NCBI GenBank assembly: GCA_964016885.1
Contig: OZ024752.1
Location: forward strand, 36,704,001 to 36,768,000
Reading direction: 5' to 3'
From: Eledone cirrhosa
Lineage: Eukaryota
DNA length: 64,000 nt
The notes under the pieces are model-generated. The model saw nothing but the letters and a program-made list of their open reading frames with translations, ran no database searches and was not told the origin of the DNA. Below, piece after piece: positions 40,953 through 57,396 of this stretch. The translations under genes and the position numbers were made by a program. Every line of letters begins with the position of its first letter. Position 1 is the stretch's first letter.

Positions 40953-41956
40953 TATATATATATATGCCACAATAGTATTTCAAATGATGCTCTACCAATT
41001 CTTAAAATCCTCCACCCTTCACCTATCCTTAATTAAAAGTTAAAACCAGGACAGTCTATATTTCAAACTGCATATATTTTAAAAAGCTTCCTTTTTATTA
41101 TTGTTTATATTTATTGTTGTGTTTTTTAGCTCCAATTCGGAAGAGTCACCATTAAAAGTGTTCCAGCTTTGATCAACCGTTTCGTCACATCAAAGCTCCA
41201 CCCACTGGATTTGGTGTATTTGATGTGCCATTCCTTAGTTAAGACAATGGTGTGTATGTTTGAGGGAAATCCTGTCTGTTATTACTTCCAGGTCAAAGAG
41301 AGCGCCTAGAAAAAAGGCGTGGGTTACTTTTTTCTAGGAGCGGATTCAATGGGATATTGCTCATTGTTTAGATACGGCCACACCACATCATACCAAGGGT
41401 ACATAGTATACTACACAAAGTAAATCATTATTTATACTAGCAGAAAAAACACTCTTCGGGTGGTATTCTGTTAGCATGTGTAGTGTGTATATTGATATTA
41501 TACGCAAGTATATATACATGTGGATGTGATACATTAAATAAAATCGTAATTGACAATATAAACAGAAATTGAACGAAGACTGTGTTACACTATCTTATGT
41601 AATCAGTAACGTAATCCATGATATATTAAAAAAAGATGATATTATATATAAACTGCATTAGGAGAAAATTAGTATGTTTATTTAAGTGATCGCCACCGGA
41701 AGTGTTGACATCACACACTCTCTCTCTTTCTATATATATGGTAGTTGAAGTGGTGGTGGTGGCAACGATATACCGGAAGTGCAACTTTGAAAAGAAGTCA
41801 ATTTTAAATTATTTATTTATACGAAATTATTTTTGTTTACGAAATTTAGTAGATAAATTATGTAATATTCATTCATTATTTATTCAAAATAATCCAACTT
41901 AGTTTTACTAACGGGATAAAAAAACAAAAAAAACCGTGCGCAGTCCCGCAGACCTT

Positions 41957-42011
<55 letters not shown>

Positions 42012-42188
42012 TTTTTCCCGGGTTCAATCGAGGTTAACCACAGTAAGTAAGGTACTCAATACATAGCAGAGTATAAATATTTAATATAGAAATGGCTTCT
42101 ACAGGACTAGAACTGTTTCATTCGGGAAAATTTGTCAGGAAGCCCTGATGATTTCTCGCAAATGAAACTGTAAAACCCATTTCTATAT

Positions 42189-42235
<47 letters not shown>

Positions 42236-42337
42236 GAGTACACTGTATATCTGTATATTACAGATATACAACCGGTTACTCCCGATTATACTCGCTCGAC
42301 ACACACACACATACACACACACACAGCACACACACAT

Positions 42338-42417
<80 letters not shown>

Positions 42418-42983
42418 GAAATAAATCATATCGATCTGATTATAACATAAAAAGCTCAATGGAGATTAAGGGCTAAAAACCAAAATTCCAGAGCATCATT
42501 TACACAATATCAAGGTATAATAATTGTTTCTACTTTTAGCACAAGGCCAGCAATTACCCAGTACATTACTGGTACTTTATTTTATCGACCCCGTAAGGAT
42601 GAAAGGCAAAATACTTTATATATATATATATGTGTATATATATATATATATATGTGTGTGTGTGGTGTAGGTATGTATGTATACTATACATATACATGTA
42701 TGTATATATATATACACTATATTTTCTAGCGATCGACTTTCGTCAAATCGGACCGAGGAAACAATGTTTCCGTTGGTCTTTCCAATTGCTAATACTATCT
42801 ATCGGTCGCAACTCCAGGTAGAAGGAGCAACGTGAAATAAAGTGCCTTGCTCAAGGACATAACGCATCGCCTGGTCCAGGAATCGAACTCACAACCTCAA
42901 GATTGCGAATCCAATTCTCTAACCACTCAGCACACGCCTTCACATATATATATATACATATATATATATATACATATATATAT

Positions 42984-43017
<34 letters not shown>

Positions 43018-43046
43018 GTGTGTGTATGTATGCATATACATATATT

Positions 43047-43134
<88 letters not shown>

Positions 43135-43153
43135 AATAATATATATACTATAT

Positions 43154-43214
<61 letters not shown>

Positions 43215-43865
43215 CAAATATATGTATATATACATACATACACATATACCTACATCATATTACTATATCTCTATCATACACTTATATATATATATACATA
43301 TATTTATATATACACATATATAATACTATATATCATATATATATACACCACACACTCTCGCTCTCGATCATATGTATAGCATGAGCGAATGAACGAGAAA
43401 GAAACGAGATTGTTCATATTGTGAACGGAGTGGGACCAAAGTTTATATGAGAAAATTCTAGTTAAATGTTTATATAATCGTGCCATGCGAAAAAGTCATA
43501 GAGTTTGTATTAATGGCCGATCGAACGTCACTTATATTTTCTTTGTCTAGATAGATAGGCATTATGGTTTATATTTATTTATTTATTTGTTTATTTGTTT
43601 CTTTTTTACTTTGTCAATCTTGGAGAAAAGAAATTGGAAAGAAAATAATACATACTGTATAAATAAAGGAAAATAAAACGAATACAAAAAGGAAAACCCG
43701 TCTGACGATTGTTATACTGTACTTTCCTTACTTCCTTCAACGAGAGTCAATCATATTTGACCTATAATAAAGTAAACTTTCCTTACTTCCTTCAACGAGA
43801 GTCAATCATATTTGACCTATAATAAAGTAAGTGTTAAGCAGTAGCAGCAGCAATAGTAGTAGTAG

Positions 43866-44065
43866 NNNNNNNNNNNNNNNNNNNNNNNNNNNNNNNNNNN
43901 NNNNNNNNNNNNNNNNNNNNNNNNNNNNNNNNNNNNNNNNNNNNNNNNNNNNNNNNNNNNNNNNNNNNNNNNNNNNNNNNNNNNNNNNNNNNNNNNNNNN
44001 NNNNNNNNNNNNNNNNNNNNNNNNNNNNNNNNNNNNNNNNNNNNNNNNNNNNNNNNNNNNNNNNN
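43866..44065. other. Assembly gap (200 N)
   Basis: Run of n. Confidence 1.
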
Positions 44066-45232
44066 ACTCACTACTTAGCTTTAATAAAATGTTTATAATA
44101 TATTCCAAATAATATTTACTAAAATTCTGGTCATGCATTACGAAATTATAAATACAACAAACAAAAGTAATAAAAAATATAATTAAAGTAATTGTTGGAA
44201 AAAATAACCCAATTCCTCAATATATTTTGAAGGCGGATGTTCAAAAAGTTATCTGTGAACCTTGCAACAAAGAAAAAAACCCCCAAAACAAAATGCATTG
44301 ACTGCCCTGTTACTTATGACTCACTCGGTATATTATTTATTCTATTCAGTGAGTAGTCAGCTATCTAGTATGGCCGGCCTATTATGTTGAACTAAAGCAG
44401 TTCCACAGTTGTAACAGTTATTAATTTGATGTTTATAACAATTCACTAACAATACAATAACCTGCGTTCTTTACAATCTTTCGAAACTAATCAGTCAGTC
44501 ATTGGTTCCGACAGCGGAAGTGAGAAGGGAGCGTCGCTAACTCACTGCTGAGCAAATATCTTTTATATATTTTCTTTCTTTTTCGTCGACGTTTATATTC
44601 TGTGGGGGCGATATATGTTTTCTGAGATTTGGGCACAAGGCCAACAATTTTCGATGGGAAAGGAGAAAGTCGATTAAATCGACCCAAGTTCGTTACTGGT
44701 ACTTTATTTTATCGATCCTGTAAGGATGAAAAGCAAAGCTAACCTCGGCGGGATTTGAACTCAGACCGTAAAGGGACGTAACTCTATGCTTAAAAGCATG
44801 GCGTGCGACCCTCTACCGATACTGCCAATCCACCGCCCTTCTTATTAATAACTGCAATGTTTTTTTTTTTTCTAGGGACAATATTGAAAAATAAACCTCA
44901 TTTGGTCATTTTCCATGAGAGTATCTTGGTCAGCCTTTGAACTTTTCAGCCGACCCTCGTAGTGTGGGTTTGATTCCTTGACTGGATTTGAACTCAGAAC
45001 GTAAAGGAGTCGTAGGAACATGTTGTCCAACGCTCCACCAACAATGCTAATCCGTGATAATATACACTGCTGAAAAACAGCGGGTATGAACAAGTTTACT
45101 TAAAATGTTTAAACATTAACTGAATGTGTGCAATCACTACACGTGAGCAGACTATAAGATAAATCACTTCCTTCTTTTTATTCTGAATATATATTTATTT
45201 AGAATATATACACACAAAACACGCTGACACAC

Positions 45233-45786
<554 letters not shown>

Positions 45787-45904
45787 CACACACACACATA
45801 TATATGTATCTAAATGTGTGTGTGTATGTATGTATGTATGTATGTATGTATGTATGTATGTATGTATGTATGTATGTATGTATGTATGCATGCATGTATG
45901 TATC

Positions 45905-46556
45905 AGGTCACCAGTTGGTGCTACTGGTAACATGTATCCCAGTACAACCTGCCTCATGGTCGGGTCGTTGGCGACTAAACTGGCAACCCCACCAAGATTT
46001 CTTGGTGAGGAGGGTGACGTTGGACATCCTGCAGGACTAAAAACAAAACCTGTCAAAGGGCAAAGGAGCTCTTAAGAGTCAATGGCCATCCAAAATCACC
46101 GGGAGAGATGACCCCTTAGCCTTTGTCAAGGCAGAATTCTAGGAGAAGGAAAACTCTGATATAACACCTGCAACCCTGATGGTATCCAATGATGTTGACT
46201 TGTTCTTTTTGGTAAATATCATCTTGGTTAAGAGAGTGGGACTGGCTTTGTGCAGTGCCTTTGCTCACTATAAAAGCTTCACGGCACAGGCATTGCTTTA
46301 TATCTGGAGATCTCTCTGCACTTGTCGTCACATGGTACCATGGGCCCAGCACTATGTGTCAGTAATTGTCACAAGTACCAGAGTTTTCAAGTCGCTGGCT
46401 GGACTAAAAAGTCACACTCGTTCAGCGCATCAGTAGGAGTTCTCCTACATGGATATAAAGTAGTGGCCGTACTCGAAAACGAGTTGGCAGCCACCATGTA
46501 TGTATGTATGTATGTATGTATGTATGTATGTATGTATGTATGTATGTATGTATGTA
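45905..46556 (+). mobile_element. Internally deleted (bipartite) RTE: 5' UTR joined to a C2H2-like C-terminus and (TGTA)n tail
   Basis: ggagaaggaaaactctga 5'-UTR motif; frameshifted zinc-finger remnant ..SNCHKY / VFKSLAGLKSHTRSAHQ*; (TATG)n on both flanks. Confidence 0.6.
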
Positions 46557-47455
46557 TATAAGCATTTTCCTCTCAAGTCAGAGACATGTGTCTGACAAGC
46601 GAATTTCTTAACTTGCCAGTCATACCTCCTAAACCTTATCTCAAAACACTTTATAGCTAAACACCCATATTGTTAATACTTCGCATATCACATATGACAT
46701 TCAACCGTCGGTTTCTTAATCCTTATTGTTTGTCATTATTCTTTATGGGGGTAACGAGGTTAACTTTGCCTTTCATCCTTATGGGGTCGATAAAATAAAG
46801 TGCCAGTAATGTACTGGTTAATTGCTGGCCCTGTGCCAAAAATAGAAACAATTATTCTTTATGGGGATGGATTGGCAGTATCGGTAGAGGGTCGGACGCC
46901 ATGCTTTGACGCATAGAATTACGGCCCTTGCCATTCTGAGTTCAAATCCCGCCAAGGTTAACTTTGCCTTTCATCCTTACGGGGTCGATAAAATAAAGTA
47001 CCAGTAATGTACTGGTAATTGCTGGCCTTGTGCCAAAAATAGAAACAAATTATTCTTTAATGTAAGGGCAGTGGATTAATAGAATCGTTGGACCGCCGAA
47101 CAAAATACTTTGCGGCTTTTTTAAATATATTCTGGCCTCTTTACGTTCTGAGTTGAATCCCATCGATGTCAATTTTACCTTTCATCTTTCACCTGTCGAT
47201 GAAATAAAGTATCTCTTGGGTCAATTTAATCGACTTGGCTTCCCCCCTCCCCAATTGCTCGACGTCATCTTCTTCTTCTTCTTCTTCTTCTTCTTCTTCT
47301 TCTTCTTCTTCTTCTGCCACTTATTTTTGAAAGGGTCATAGGAACAGAGTTTCTCGACTACTCCATTCAGCCCTTTACCTCTACAGGTCTGAATACAACA
47401 GATTTCTTCTTCTTCTTCTTCTTCTTCTTCTTCTTCTTCTTCTTCTTCTTCTTCG

Positions 47456-47512
<57 letters not shown>

Positions 47513-48008
47513 TATAGAGGAAGAATCGACTCCAGTACTACTAGATTAGTACTTTTTTTATATCGACCTCGAAAGGATTAAAAGCAAAGTTGTCCTCGGC
47601 AGGAATATAAATACAAAGAGCAGAGAACCGGAACGAATACTGCAAAGCATTCTATCCCACATTCTAACGACTCTGCCAATTTGCCGCCTCCGGATGTTAT
47701 GAAGGAAATGAGAAATATCAACATGTAGTTTATTTCCCAAGGATGACGAAGATATTTATGAATAAATATGTCCGAAAAGGAAGTACAGAGCAGAATAATT
47801 ATAAATTAGATTGAATTCAAGTGAGGATATAGAAGACTCGAGAATGTAAGGAAATATAGTTCCTTTACACAATCTTTTCTAATAGCGCAGTACAGGTAAT
47901 GTTGATAAGATAGTTATAGCATGTTTATAGGTCTACATATTAGATATATGTATATATTTATAGACATTGGAGCAGTCTCGGTTACACACGTTGTATTTAT
48001 ACAGATAT

Positions 48009-48924
<916 letters not shown>

Positions 48925-49131
48925 ATATATATATATGATGGCTGCCCCCTCGTTATCGAGTAGGGCCATTGCACGAGGAGAAAGAAAAAAAAAATAATAA
49001 TAATAATAATAATAAATAAATAAATAAATTTAAAAAAAATATATATATATATATACATATACATACACACATACACACACTCACACACACATATACATAC
49101 ACACACATATATATATATAAATACACACACT

Positions 49132-49177
<46 letters not shown>

Positions 49178-49194
49178 CACACATAGGGTTAACA

Positions 49195-49343
49195 CGCCTC
49201 CTCCTATTGTTGCTGGTACATATTTTCAGCTGAGCATACTGAAGCAACGTGAAATGAAGAGTTTTGCTCAAAAACACAACACGCAACCCATTTCCAGGAA
49301 TCGAACCCACGACATTATGATCGTAAGTCCACCAAGCCATCAA
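49195..49343 (-). mobile_element. tRNA/CORE-like SINE head
   Basis: Minus strand gcgtggcttagagttaagg...gggttcgattcctgg...tgtgtttttgagcaaaactcttcatttcacgttgct. Confidence 0.75.
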
Positions 49344-49797
49344 CCTTAACTCTAAGCCACGCATTTCGACTGCTTTAAGTGGCCGGAGTTTATATTGGTG
49401 TATTGGTAATTCATTATGGGAGGCAGTTGAGTATTAATAGAAATGGTGAGATGTAATGAGTGAAAGAATTTTGCTGTGTTTATTCATTATACTAGGGTTA
49501 GTCAAGCGTAGCGAGATAGATTGAGATAGATAATGGGCAGTGTTGGTATATTTTTATATTTGTATGTTTTTCTAGGGAGTGGCTGTTTTAACATTAGTAT
49601 TCAGATATTCAGATGGTTGTGTTTTGGTCATTTAGATATGTGTTGAAGACCAATAGCTGATTTATGTTCACGCTTGTACTAACACCTAGAAGTATAGGAA
49701 TACGTATATATATGTATAGGAATACGTATATATATATATATATATATATATATTTCTACAAACACACCTAAATAGGTGTGTGTATACATTCATTGAC

Positions 49798-49844
<47 letters not shown>

Positions 49845-50089
49845 TAAAGTTAGTCCTTCATCAGTGATCTTCCAACCATTATTGGTATTTCATCGCTTTA
49901 AAGACCATATACCTCCGGTTGGTGCGAGCAACGGCTAAAAAAAGTCGTTGGGACACGTAAATAAAGGGGACAGCGAGAGGGTAAACAAACAAAGATGGTG
50001 AAGCAACGAAAAGTGAGGAAGAAAGAGTCAAGTCCCAAATTTCCATGAATATAAGTTCGGTGAAATCGTGAACGAGAGAGAATAAAGAC

Positions 50090-50177
<88 letters not shown>

Positions 50178-50890
50178 TAGTTCCGCAACAGTTAGCTCAC
50201 AAAACCGAGAACAAATGTTCAACATATATATAATTTTCAATTTGTCAAGCTATTTAAAACGTATGTTATTACTCTTATAGAGTGCTTTGCTAACTCATTC
50301 CTTATTGTAGGTCGACTTTGCTTGGCCACAGCCAAAGCTTCGATTTTACTAAGCTTCCGGAAGTGTCTGAATGACTAAGGGGAATTAATGCGTAAGGGGA
50401 GGTAACTAGTTAAATTACTATCCTAAACTACATTAATGGTGATTCAAATACGTGCCTATCATATGACGTTATAACTAATTTCTAGAGTATGTTTCCCAAT
50501 TATAGGTTAGAGAGTTGACTTAATAATTCAGCCCACATAATAAGATCGATTGCCTGCTTCAACTGCCTGACCCTGCAAATATCATTCTGACGCACTCTAA
50601 TCATGTATAAATAAGACACGCGTGCATGCTACACGTGAGATTGTTTCATGCACTGACTACTCTAAGCTTTCCTCTTGCTTTATCTTCATAGACTGCCAAC
50701 GCTTCATGTTTATCTTTATTTTCATTCTTGCTTTTATTTTTATTTTATTTTTATCCTGTAACCTTTACATGTAAATTGCCATGCTATATCATTTGATGAG
50801 TGTCACCCCACTATTGATCAATATGCGCATATGTTTTATGTGTCTCTTGGGTTGAAAAGGAGGTCAAGTATGTTATAGATCAGTAAATAG

Positions 50891-50939
50891 TTGCTCCGAA
50901 GAATCCAAACCTCGGTTTGGAGGAAACAATTGTAAGCAA
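50891..50939 (+). ncRNA. Family R hammerhead with CCGAAGA core
   Basis: UUGCU-CCGAAGA-aUCCAAACCucGGUUUGGAg-GAA-ACAAUUGU-A-AGCAA. The second copy at 55221-55268 has the same core; homology extends ~100 bp upstream. Confidence 0.8.
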
Positions 50940-51142
50940 ATAAATGACTTAAACTGAACTTTGATTATTGTAATCTCTATATAACTGCTCTGTAAAACAA
51001 CTGATGTTATTACATTGAGCTATTTATCTTACTGGTAATAGGATAGTAATTAATGACTATCTTTCACTATTTAAGGTTTGTATATATAATATATTACCAT
51101 TAAAGGTTTTATTGCATACATAACCATAAATAGTACCCTTAA

Positions 51143-51226
<84 letters not shown>

Positions 51227-51367
51227 TTTATATACATTATAAAACTCTTTTTTAAAAGAATTGTCCCTCTCATTTTTTCAATAATGTCACTTTGACGAAT
51301 CAAAGGAAGGAAAAAAAGAAAATCAGACGCTTAAATATATTTTCCGTGCTATTTCCAATTTCACCCT

Positions 51368-51429
<62 letters not shown>

Positions 51430-51834
51430 AGGTAGAATTTCCAAAATTAATCAGATTAGAGCAAACATCACGAGCGCTCTATCTCAAAATTATTTTTGAA
51501 AAGCATTAGAAATGTGCAACCGGTAAAACTTAAAACCAAAACTGAATACTAACCAATACTATTACTAATTTTTACTTATTCCTAATTAAACTATTTTTCA
51601 CTGGGAACAATTTGTCAGCATTTTCTTTTCCTTTTACCAATATATCATAACTCGTGTGTTACACCTCCATTCTTATATATATATATATATATATATAACG
51701 AAGGAAATGTGGTAAGGAACCAGGTGGACCATAACGCACCAAAGTACTCAATACTTAGGGTAGTAGAGTGGGTAATTCTGTCCAGAATTAGCCGTCGAAA
51801 CGGCTTGAGCTCAGCCGTCGGGGTCTTACTGGTT

Positions 51835-51900
<66 letters not shown>

Positions 51901-52240
51901 GAAAGTGAACAACATAAAATATAACTACTTCATTACCAAAGGTTTCTGGATCCCAGATGATATAAATATACGTCTGGATCGGTCACCAGACAGAGATGTT
52001 ATCTATCTATCTATATATATATAAAGCATGTTGTCCGACGCTCTACCGATTCTGCCAAAATTAAGTGTGATTATGTTATGTGTTTATTCGAAGCATTTTT
52101 TTTATTTTATTTTCAACTCGATTATGGTTAATCAAAATTCTAATTCAATAAAAAATCTATTTATTTTAGAGATAAAGTTTCTTAATTAGAATATAACTAA
52201 ATCTTTAGATGAAAAATTCCTCGGCCGAAATCATATAATA

Positions 52241-52410
52241 CAGGCATGTCAAACATGCGGCCCTTTACAAACACACCAGCGGCCCGCACAAAAGTTTTTA
52301 TAACGTGAGCATCTTCGTTATATAAAATTTTAAAAAATTAGCTGTAATGTGCGCAATTAGTTGTTTGTGACACATGTGGCCGTCGACGGACCCTCAGTTT
52401 GACATGCCTG
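52241..52410. mobile_element. hAT (Charlie-like) MITE
   Basis: 14-bp TIR caggcatgtcaaac / gtttgacatgcctg with 8-bp TSD atataata on both sides. Confidence 0.92.
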
Positions 52411-52442
52411 ATATAATACACACACACACACACACACACACA

Positions 52443-52516
<74 letters not shown>

Positions 52517-52706
52517 AACGAGTAGGACCCCGACGGCTGAGCTCAAGCCGTTTCGACGGCTAATTCTTTAGTGCAGAATTAGCCGTCGAAACGGCTTGAG
52601 TTCAGCCGTCGGGGTCCTACTCGTTTGTATTACCCACTCTACTACCCTAAGTATTGAGTACTTTGGTGCGTTATGGTCTACCTGGTTCCTTACCACATTT
52701 CCTTCG

Positions 52707-52822
<116 letters not shown>

Positions 52823-53288
52823 AGTAAGAATATTTTCGAAACAGCGAGCGAGTTTGAAATTATAAATATAAGCTATCGCCGTATTTTGACAAAAGAAATT
52901 AAAGAAATTATTTAGCCTGATAGTGGGGTTAAGAACCCTCGGAGAAATGGAAAATGATGAGTATTGACGTACATGTACGTCAATACTCATCTTTTTAACC
53001 CCACTATCAGGCTAAATAATTTTTTTAATTTCTTTAGTCAAAATACGGCGATAGCTTATATTTATAATATATATAATATATATATATATATATAAGAACA
53101 AAAGATGGTTAAAAGAGTTCCATGTATTTTATTATGCGCATTTCAAAAACAAATATCATCATGCAATAATATTTGTGTTTTCATCAGATAAAACAGGAAG
53201 ACATGATATGAAGGTTAAAAAACACTTGTGGATAGTTCAGTTTTAAATCAACATATTTATTGTACTACAATAAAACTCACCTCCTACA

Positions 53289-53319
<31 letters not shown>

Positions 53320-53650
53320 GGGGACACCCAGTATATATATATATACAAATATATATATATATACAGGGTGTTCATCAAAAATTATACACACTTTGATTAG
53401 AATGCTGTTGAAATGTGTATACATTTTTGTGGACACCCAGTATATATATACAAATATATATATATACAGGGTGTTCATCAAAAATTATACACACTTTGAT
53501 TAGAATGCTGTTGAAATGTGTATACATTTTTGTGGACACCCAGTATATATATACAAATATATATATATACAGGGTGTTCATCAAAAATTATACACACTTT
53601 GATTAGAATGCTGTTGAAATGTGTATACATTTTTGTGGACACCCAGTATA
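53320..53650. repeat. Tandem trimer (103-bp period) of a miniature mariner-like MITE
   Basis: cagggtgttcatcaaaaattatacac...gtgtatacatttttgtggacacccag at 53364, 53467 and 53570. Confidence 0.85.
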
Positions 53651-53774
53651 TATATATGTATATATATGTATGCCCGTTTGACAAGATTTTCCACGTTTTC
53701 ATCTGATAATGAATGTTCTACGTTCATAGGTGAGAAGGGTGACAGTGTTGTAGTGTTACGATTAAATGTGAATA

Positions 53775-53965
53775 TCACAGGTAGTCGGGGACCCTAGAGT
53801 AGATCCCGAGTAACATGGTTGGATAACATCCATGAGCTTGCTGGTCTCGCTTGGGGATCCTGCTGGATCAATTAGACAGGGTTGCTTCTGACAAGACCTG
53901 CTGGAAGGAGTGTTTGAGGGACTCTGTCCCCACGACCCTTCCAAGAATATGTGGGAGGAGGAAAA
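53775..53965 (+). pseudogene. Decayed RTE 3' fragment (same family as 5700-6032)
   Basis: ggttggataacatccatgagct...ccacgaccct homology. Confidence 0.8.
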
Positions 53966-54174
53966 TAATAATAAGAAATCATATATATATATATATATAT
54001 AGGAACGAGTAGGACCCCGACGGCTGAGCTCAAGCTCAGTCCAGAATTAGCCGTCGAATCGGCTTGAGCTCAGCCGTCGGGGTCCTACTCGTTCCTATTA
54101 CCCACTCTACTACCCTAAGTATTGAGTACTTTGGTGCGTTATGGTCCACCTGGTTCCTTACCACATTTCCTCCG

Positions 54175-54244
<70 letters not shown>

Positions 54245-54252
<8 letters not shown>

Positions 54253-54632
54253 ACTTGGGGAGGGTCATGTTTGTGTAAATAAATAAACAGACTAAATAAA
54301 GATGGGGTAGGCATACAATACAACGGGAGGAAACATAATAGTACCACTGACGATGTTGCAGATGTGCAACGAAAGAACTTTGTTAGACTATATATATATG
54401 TGCTTGTGTCTATACTGTATCTGTATTTTTGACCGTTGGTCAGTCAATGGTGACATTGAGGACCGAATAAATTAAATTAACCGATATAAAAGTCACAGAA
54501 GCGAAAACCAACCAAACAGTGAGTGTGTTCTGTTATTAATTCTGGCAATATTATTACACAAATATGACCCTCCCCAAGTATAACAATATTTGTTTCGACA
54601 CACGATTTCATATCAAAAACCTCGCAAAACTA
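54245..54632 (+). ncRNA. Family F2 element with hammerhead-like fold (54343-54384) and a short inverted terminus
   Basis: acca-CUGACGA-uGUUGCAgaugUGCAAC-GAA-AGaaCU-U-uguu. Stem I is imperfect. Confidence 0.65.
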
Positions 54633-55307
54633 ATATATATATATATATGTATATAGTAGTATGAGCTAAAGAACATCAGACTACGATTCTCTAACTGGAT
54701 TGTCAAACGCCCAATATCGAATCGTCGTGGATTATGTGAGGGGCATATAATCTGAATAATACGCTCCCCTTGACTATGAAAATGTCACAGTGCATGAAAT
54801 CCATATCATCGCTTCGCTACGCATTTCCAATATTTTTAATGCTTACATTATTTTTAATACTTATATTATTTCTCCACGCACAGGCTATAACAATCATATA
54901 AAGAATTCATTACCAGATCAACCCCCTTAACACTCTTGATTACCTGCTTAAGTTCTTCTATTACACGTAACTCTCTGCCACACTATATAAACAAGACGCA
55001 CGTGCTTGCCACACGTATAACCATTGCACTCTATAACCGCTTAATTTCATGTTGTATTTTAACCTGTAATTTTGATTGTATCTTTTAATATGAATGTATT
55101 CTCTAAATGTGTACTGCCACACTAAATGCTGTAATGAATGTTGACCCACAATATTTGCATATGTATCTGTATGTCTCTTGGGTGAAAAGGAGGTCATATA
55201 AGTGTTCATTCGATAATAAATTGCTCCGAAGAATCCAAACCTCGGTTTGGAGGAAACAGTTGTAAGCATAAAAATGTTTTGAACAGTTCTTTGATTCTTA
55301 TAATTCA

Positions 55308-55368
<61 letters not shown>

Positions 55369-55373
<5 letters not shown>

Positions 55374-55582
55374 CAACAGTGGCATAGACAGGCACTCAGG
55401 ATTCGTTGGGTTCCGGGTGACAATTTCTTCAGCCTGTCATGAGAAGCTGAAGAAATGGGGGCCCAGAACCCAACGAAACTTGAGTACCTGTTTATGTCAC
55501 TGCTGTAATTATTTATATTAAACTCGTCCTGTGGACTTAGTGCTCTAACTCTTGGATATTTCCACTTAACTTTAACTTCATT
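55369..55582. ncRNA. Family N fold-back with hammerhead-like cores on both arms
   Basis: Plus: CUGAAGA...ccaac-GAA-ACUugAGU-A-CCUGU. The minus arm supplies the stem I partner ACAGG-CUGAAGA. Stem II is degraded. Confidence 0.6.
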
Positions 55583-55584
55583 AT

Positions 55585-55648
<64 letters not shown>

Positions 55649-55674
55649 GTGCGCCGATTTTTCGATACTCGATC

Positions 55675-55744
<70 letters not shown>

Positions 55745-56073
55745 CGTTTCTGAATTTGTTTAGCAAGATTCTTTATCTGAAATCGTGTGTTGAAACCGAT
55801 ATTGCACGCAACCCACACACAAACAAAATGGCGTAGGATAGAAGAAAGGAAAGGCACAGAAACGAAGAAAGAAATCCCCAGTCACTGAAGAGGTCACAGA
55901 GTGTGTGACGAAAGAACTATGACTATATATATATAAACAACTATCTGGTTGTGGAACCAACCAACCAACCAGAAATTTTTAAATTTGTAAATTTATAAAT
56001 ATATAATAAATTAAATTGAAGTGAAAGCAACTGGTGCGTGTGTTTCTTATTGGCAACATGACCCTCCCAAAGT

Positions 56074-56147
<74 letters not shown>

Positions 56148-56153
<6 letters not shown>

Positions 56154-56589
56154 GAAGTTGTATTTACTTTGTTGGAAGTCCGACAAACATAAATGTTTGT
56201 AACTGATTTAGAGCACTCAACAGTTTACTGGAGTAAATATTCAATGATATTAAATAAATGGAAACTATACTTATAAAACCATATTTATTATATTATATAT
56301 ATTTCAAGGGCAACCAAGACAACATTGGTATGCTTTCATCAGATAAAAATCAAAAGGTCGTATATATATATATATACGACCTTTTGATTCCAGAGTCGGG
56401 CTAGATCGAACCTTGAGCTGATCAGTAGCGAAACGCGCGTCACCAACCAATAAACGAAATGAAGGAGTACCATTCGTCCTTATGTTATTATAATGCACTC
56501 TGTCTAGCTCTACACCTCGCTACTGACGTGAACCTAAACATCGAGTGCTCACCCGGGTGAACCTATAGTAACTCCGCGTTACAGTCCCT

Positions 56590-56590
<1 letters not shown>
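56148..56590. ncRNA. Family Q minimal hammerhead (minus ~56291-56345), 42-bp palindrome, and a plus-strand GAAACGCGCGUC..AATAAA half-ribozyme
   Basis: Minus: UAU-CUGAUGA-aag..accaa..uuggu..cuu-GAA-AUAUAUAU-A-AUA then AATAAA. Palindrome aatcaaaaggtcg(ta)ncgaccttttgatt. Confidence 0.55.
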
Positions 56591-56645
<55 letters not shown>

Positions 56646-56850
56646 GAACGAGTAGGACCCCGACAGCTGAGCTCAAGCCGTTTCGACGGCTAATTCTGGA
56701 CTAAAAGTTTCTTAAACCAGAATTAGCCGTCGAAACGGCTTGAGCTCAGCCGTCGGGGTCCTACTCGTTCATATTACCCACTCTACTACCCTAAGTATTG
56801 AGTACTTTGGTGCGTTATGGTCCATCTGGCTCCTTACCACATTTCCTTCG

Positions 56851-56985
<135 letters not shown>

Positions 56986-57315
56986 TATATGTGTGTAAGT
57001 ATGTTTTGAAACAGTGAGCGAGTTTGAAATTAGAAATATAAGCTTTCACCGTATTTTTTACTAAAGACATTTTTAGCCTGATAGCGGGGTTTAGAACCCT
57101 CGGAGAAATGGAAAAAGATGAGTATTGACGTACATGGGAGTCGAGCCCACATCTTTGGTTATCCAAACCACTGTGCTACCATTACAACCAAAGATGTGGG
57201 TTCGACTCCCATGTACGTCAATACTCATCTTTTTCCATTTCTCCGAGGGTTCTAAACCCCGCTATCAGGCTAAAAGTTTCTTTAGTAAAAAATACGGTGA
57301 AAGCTTATATTTCTA

Positions 57316-57396
<81 letters not shown>

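Noticed and set aside
43720-43830. ~55-bp direct duplication
   Set aside because: It lies next to the scaffold gap and may be a contig-end artefact.
49845-49910. Minus-strand CTGATGA near 49856-49862
   Set aside because: No GAAA or stem III follows before the (TA)n, so no fold can be built.
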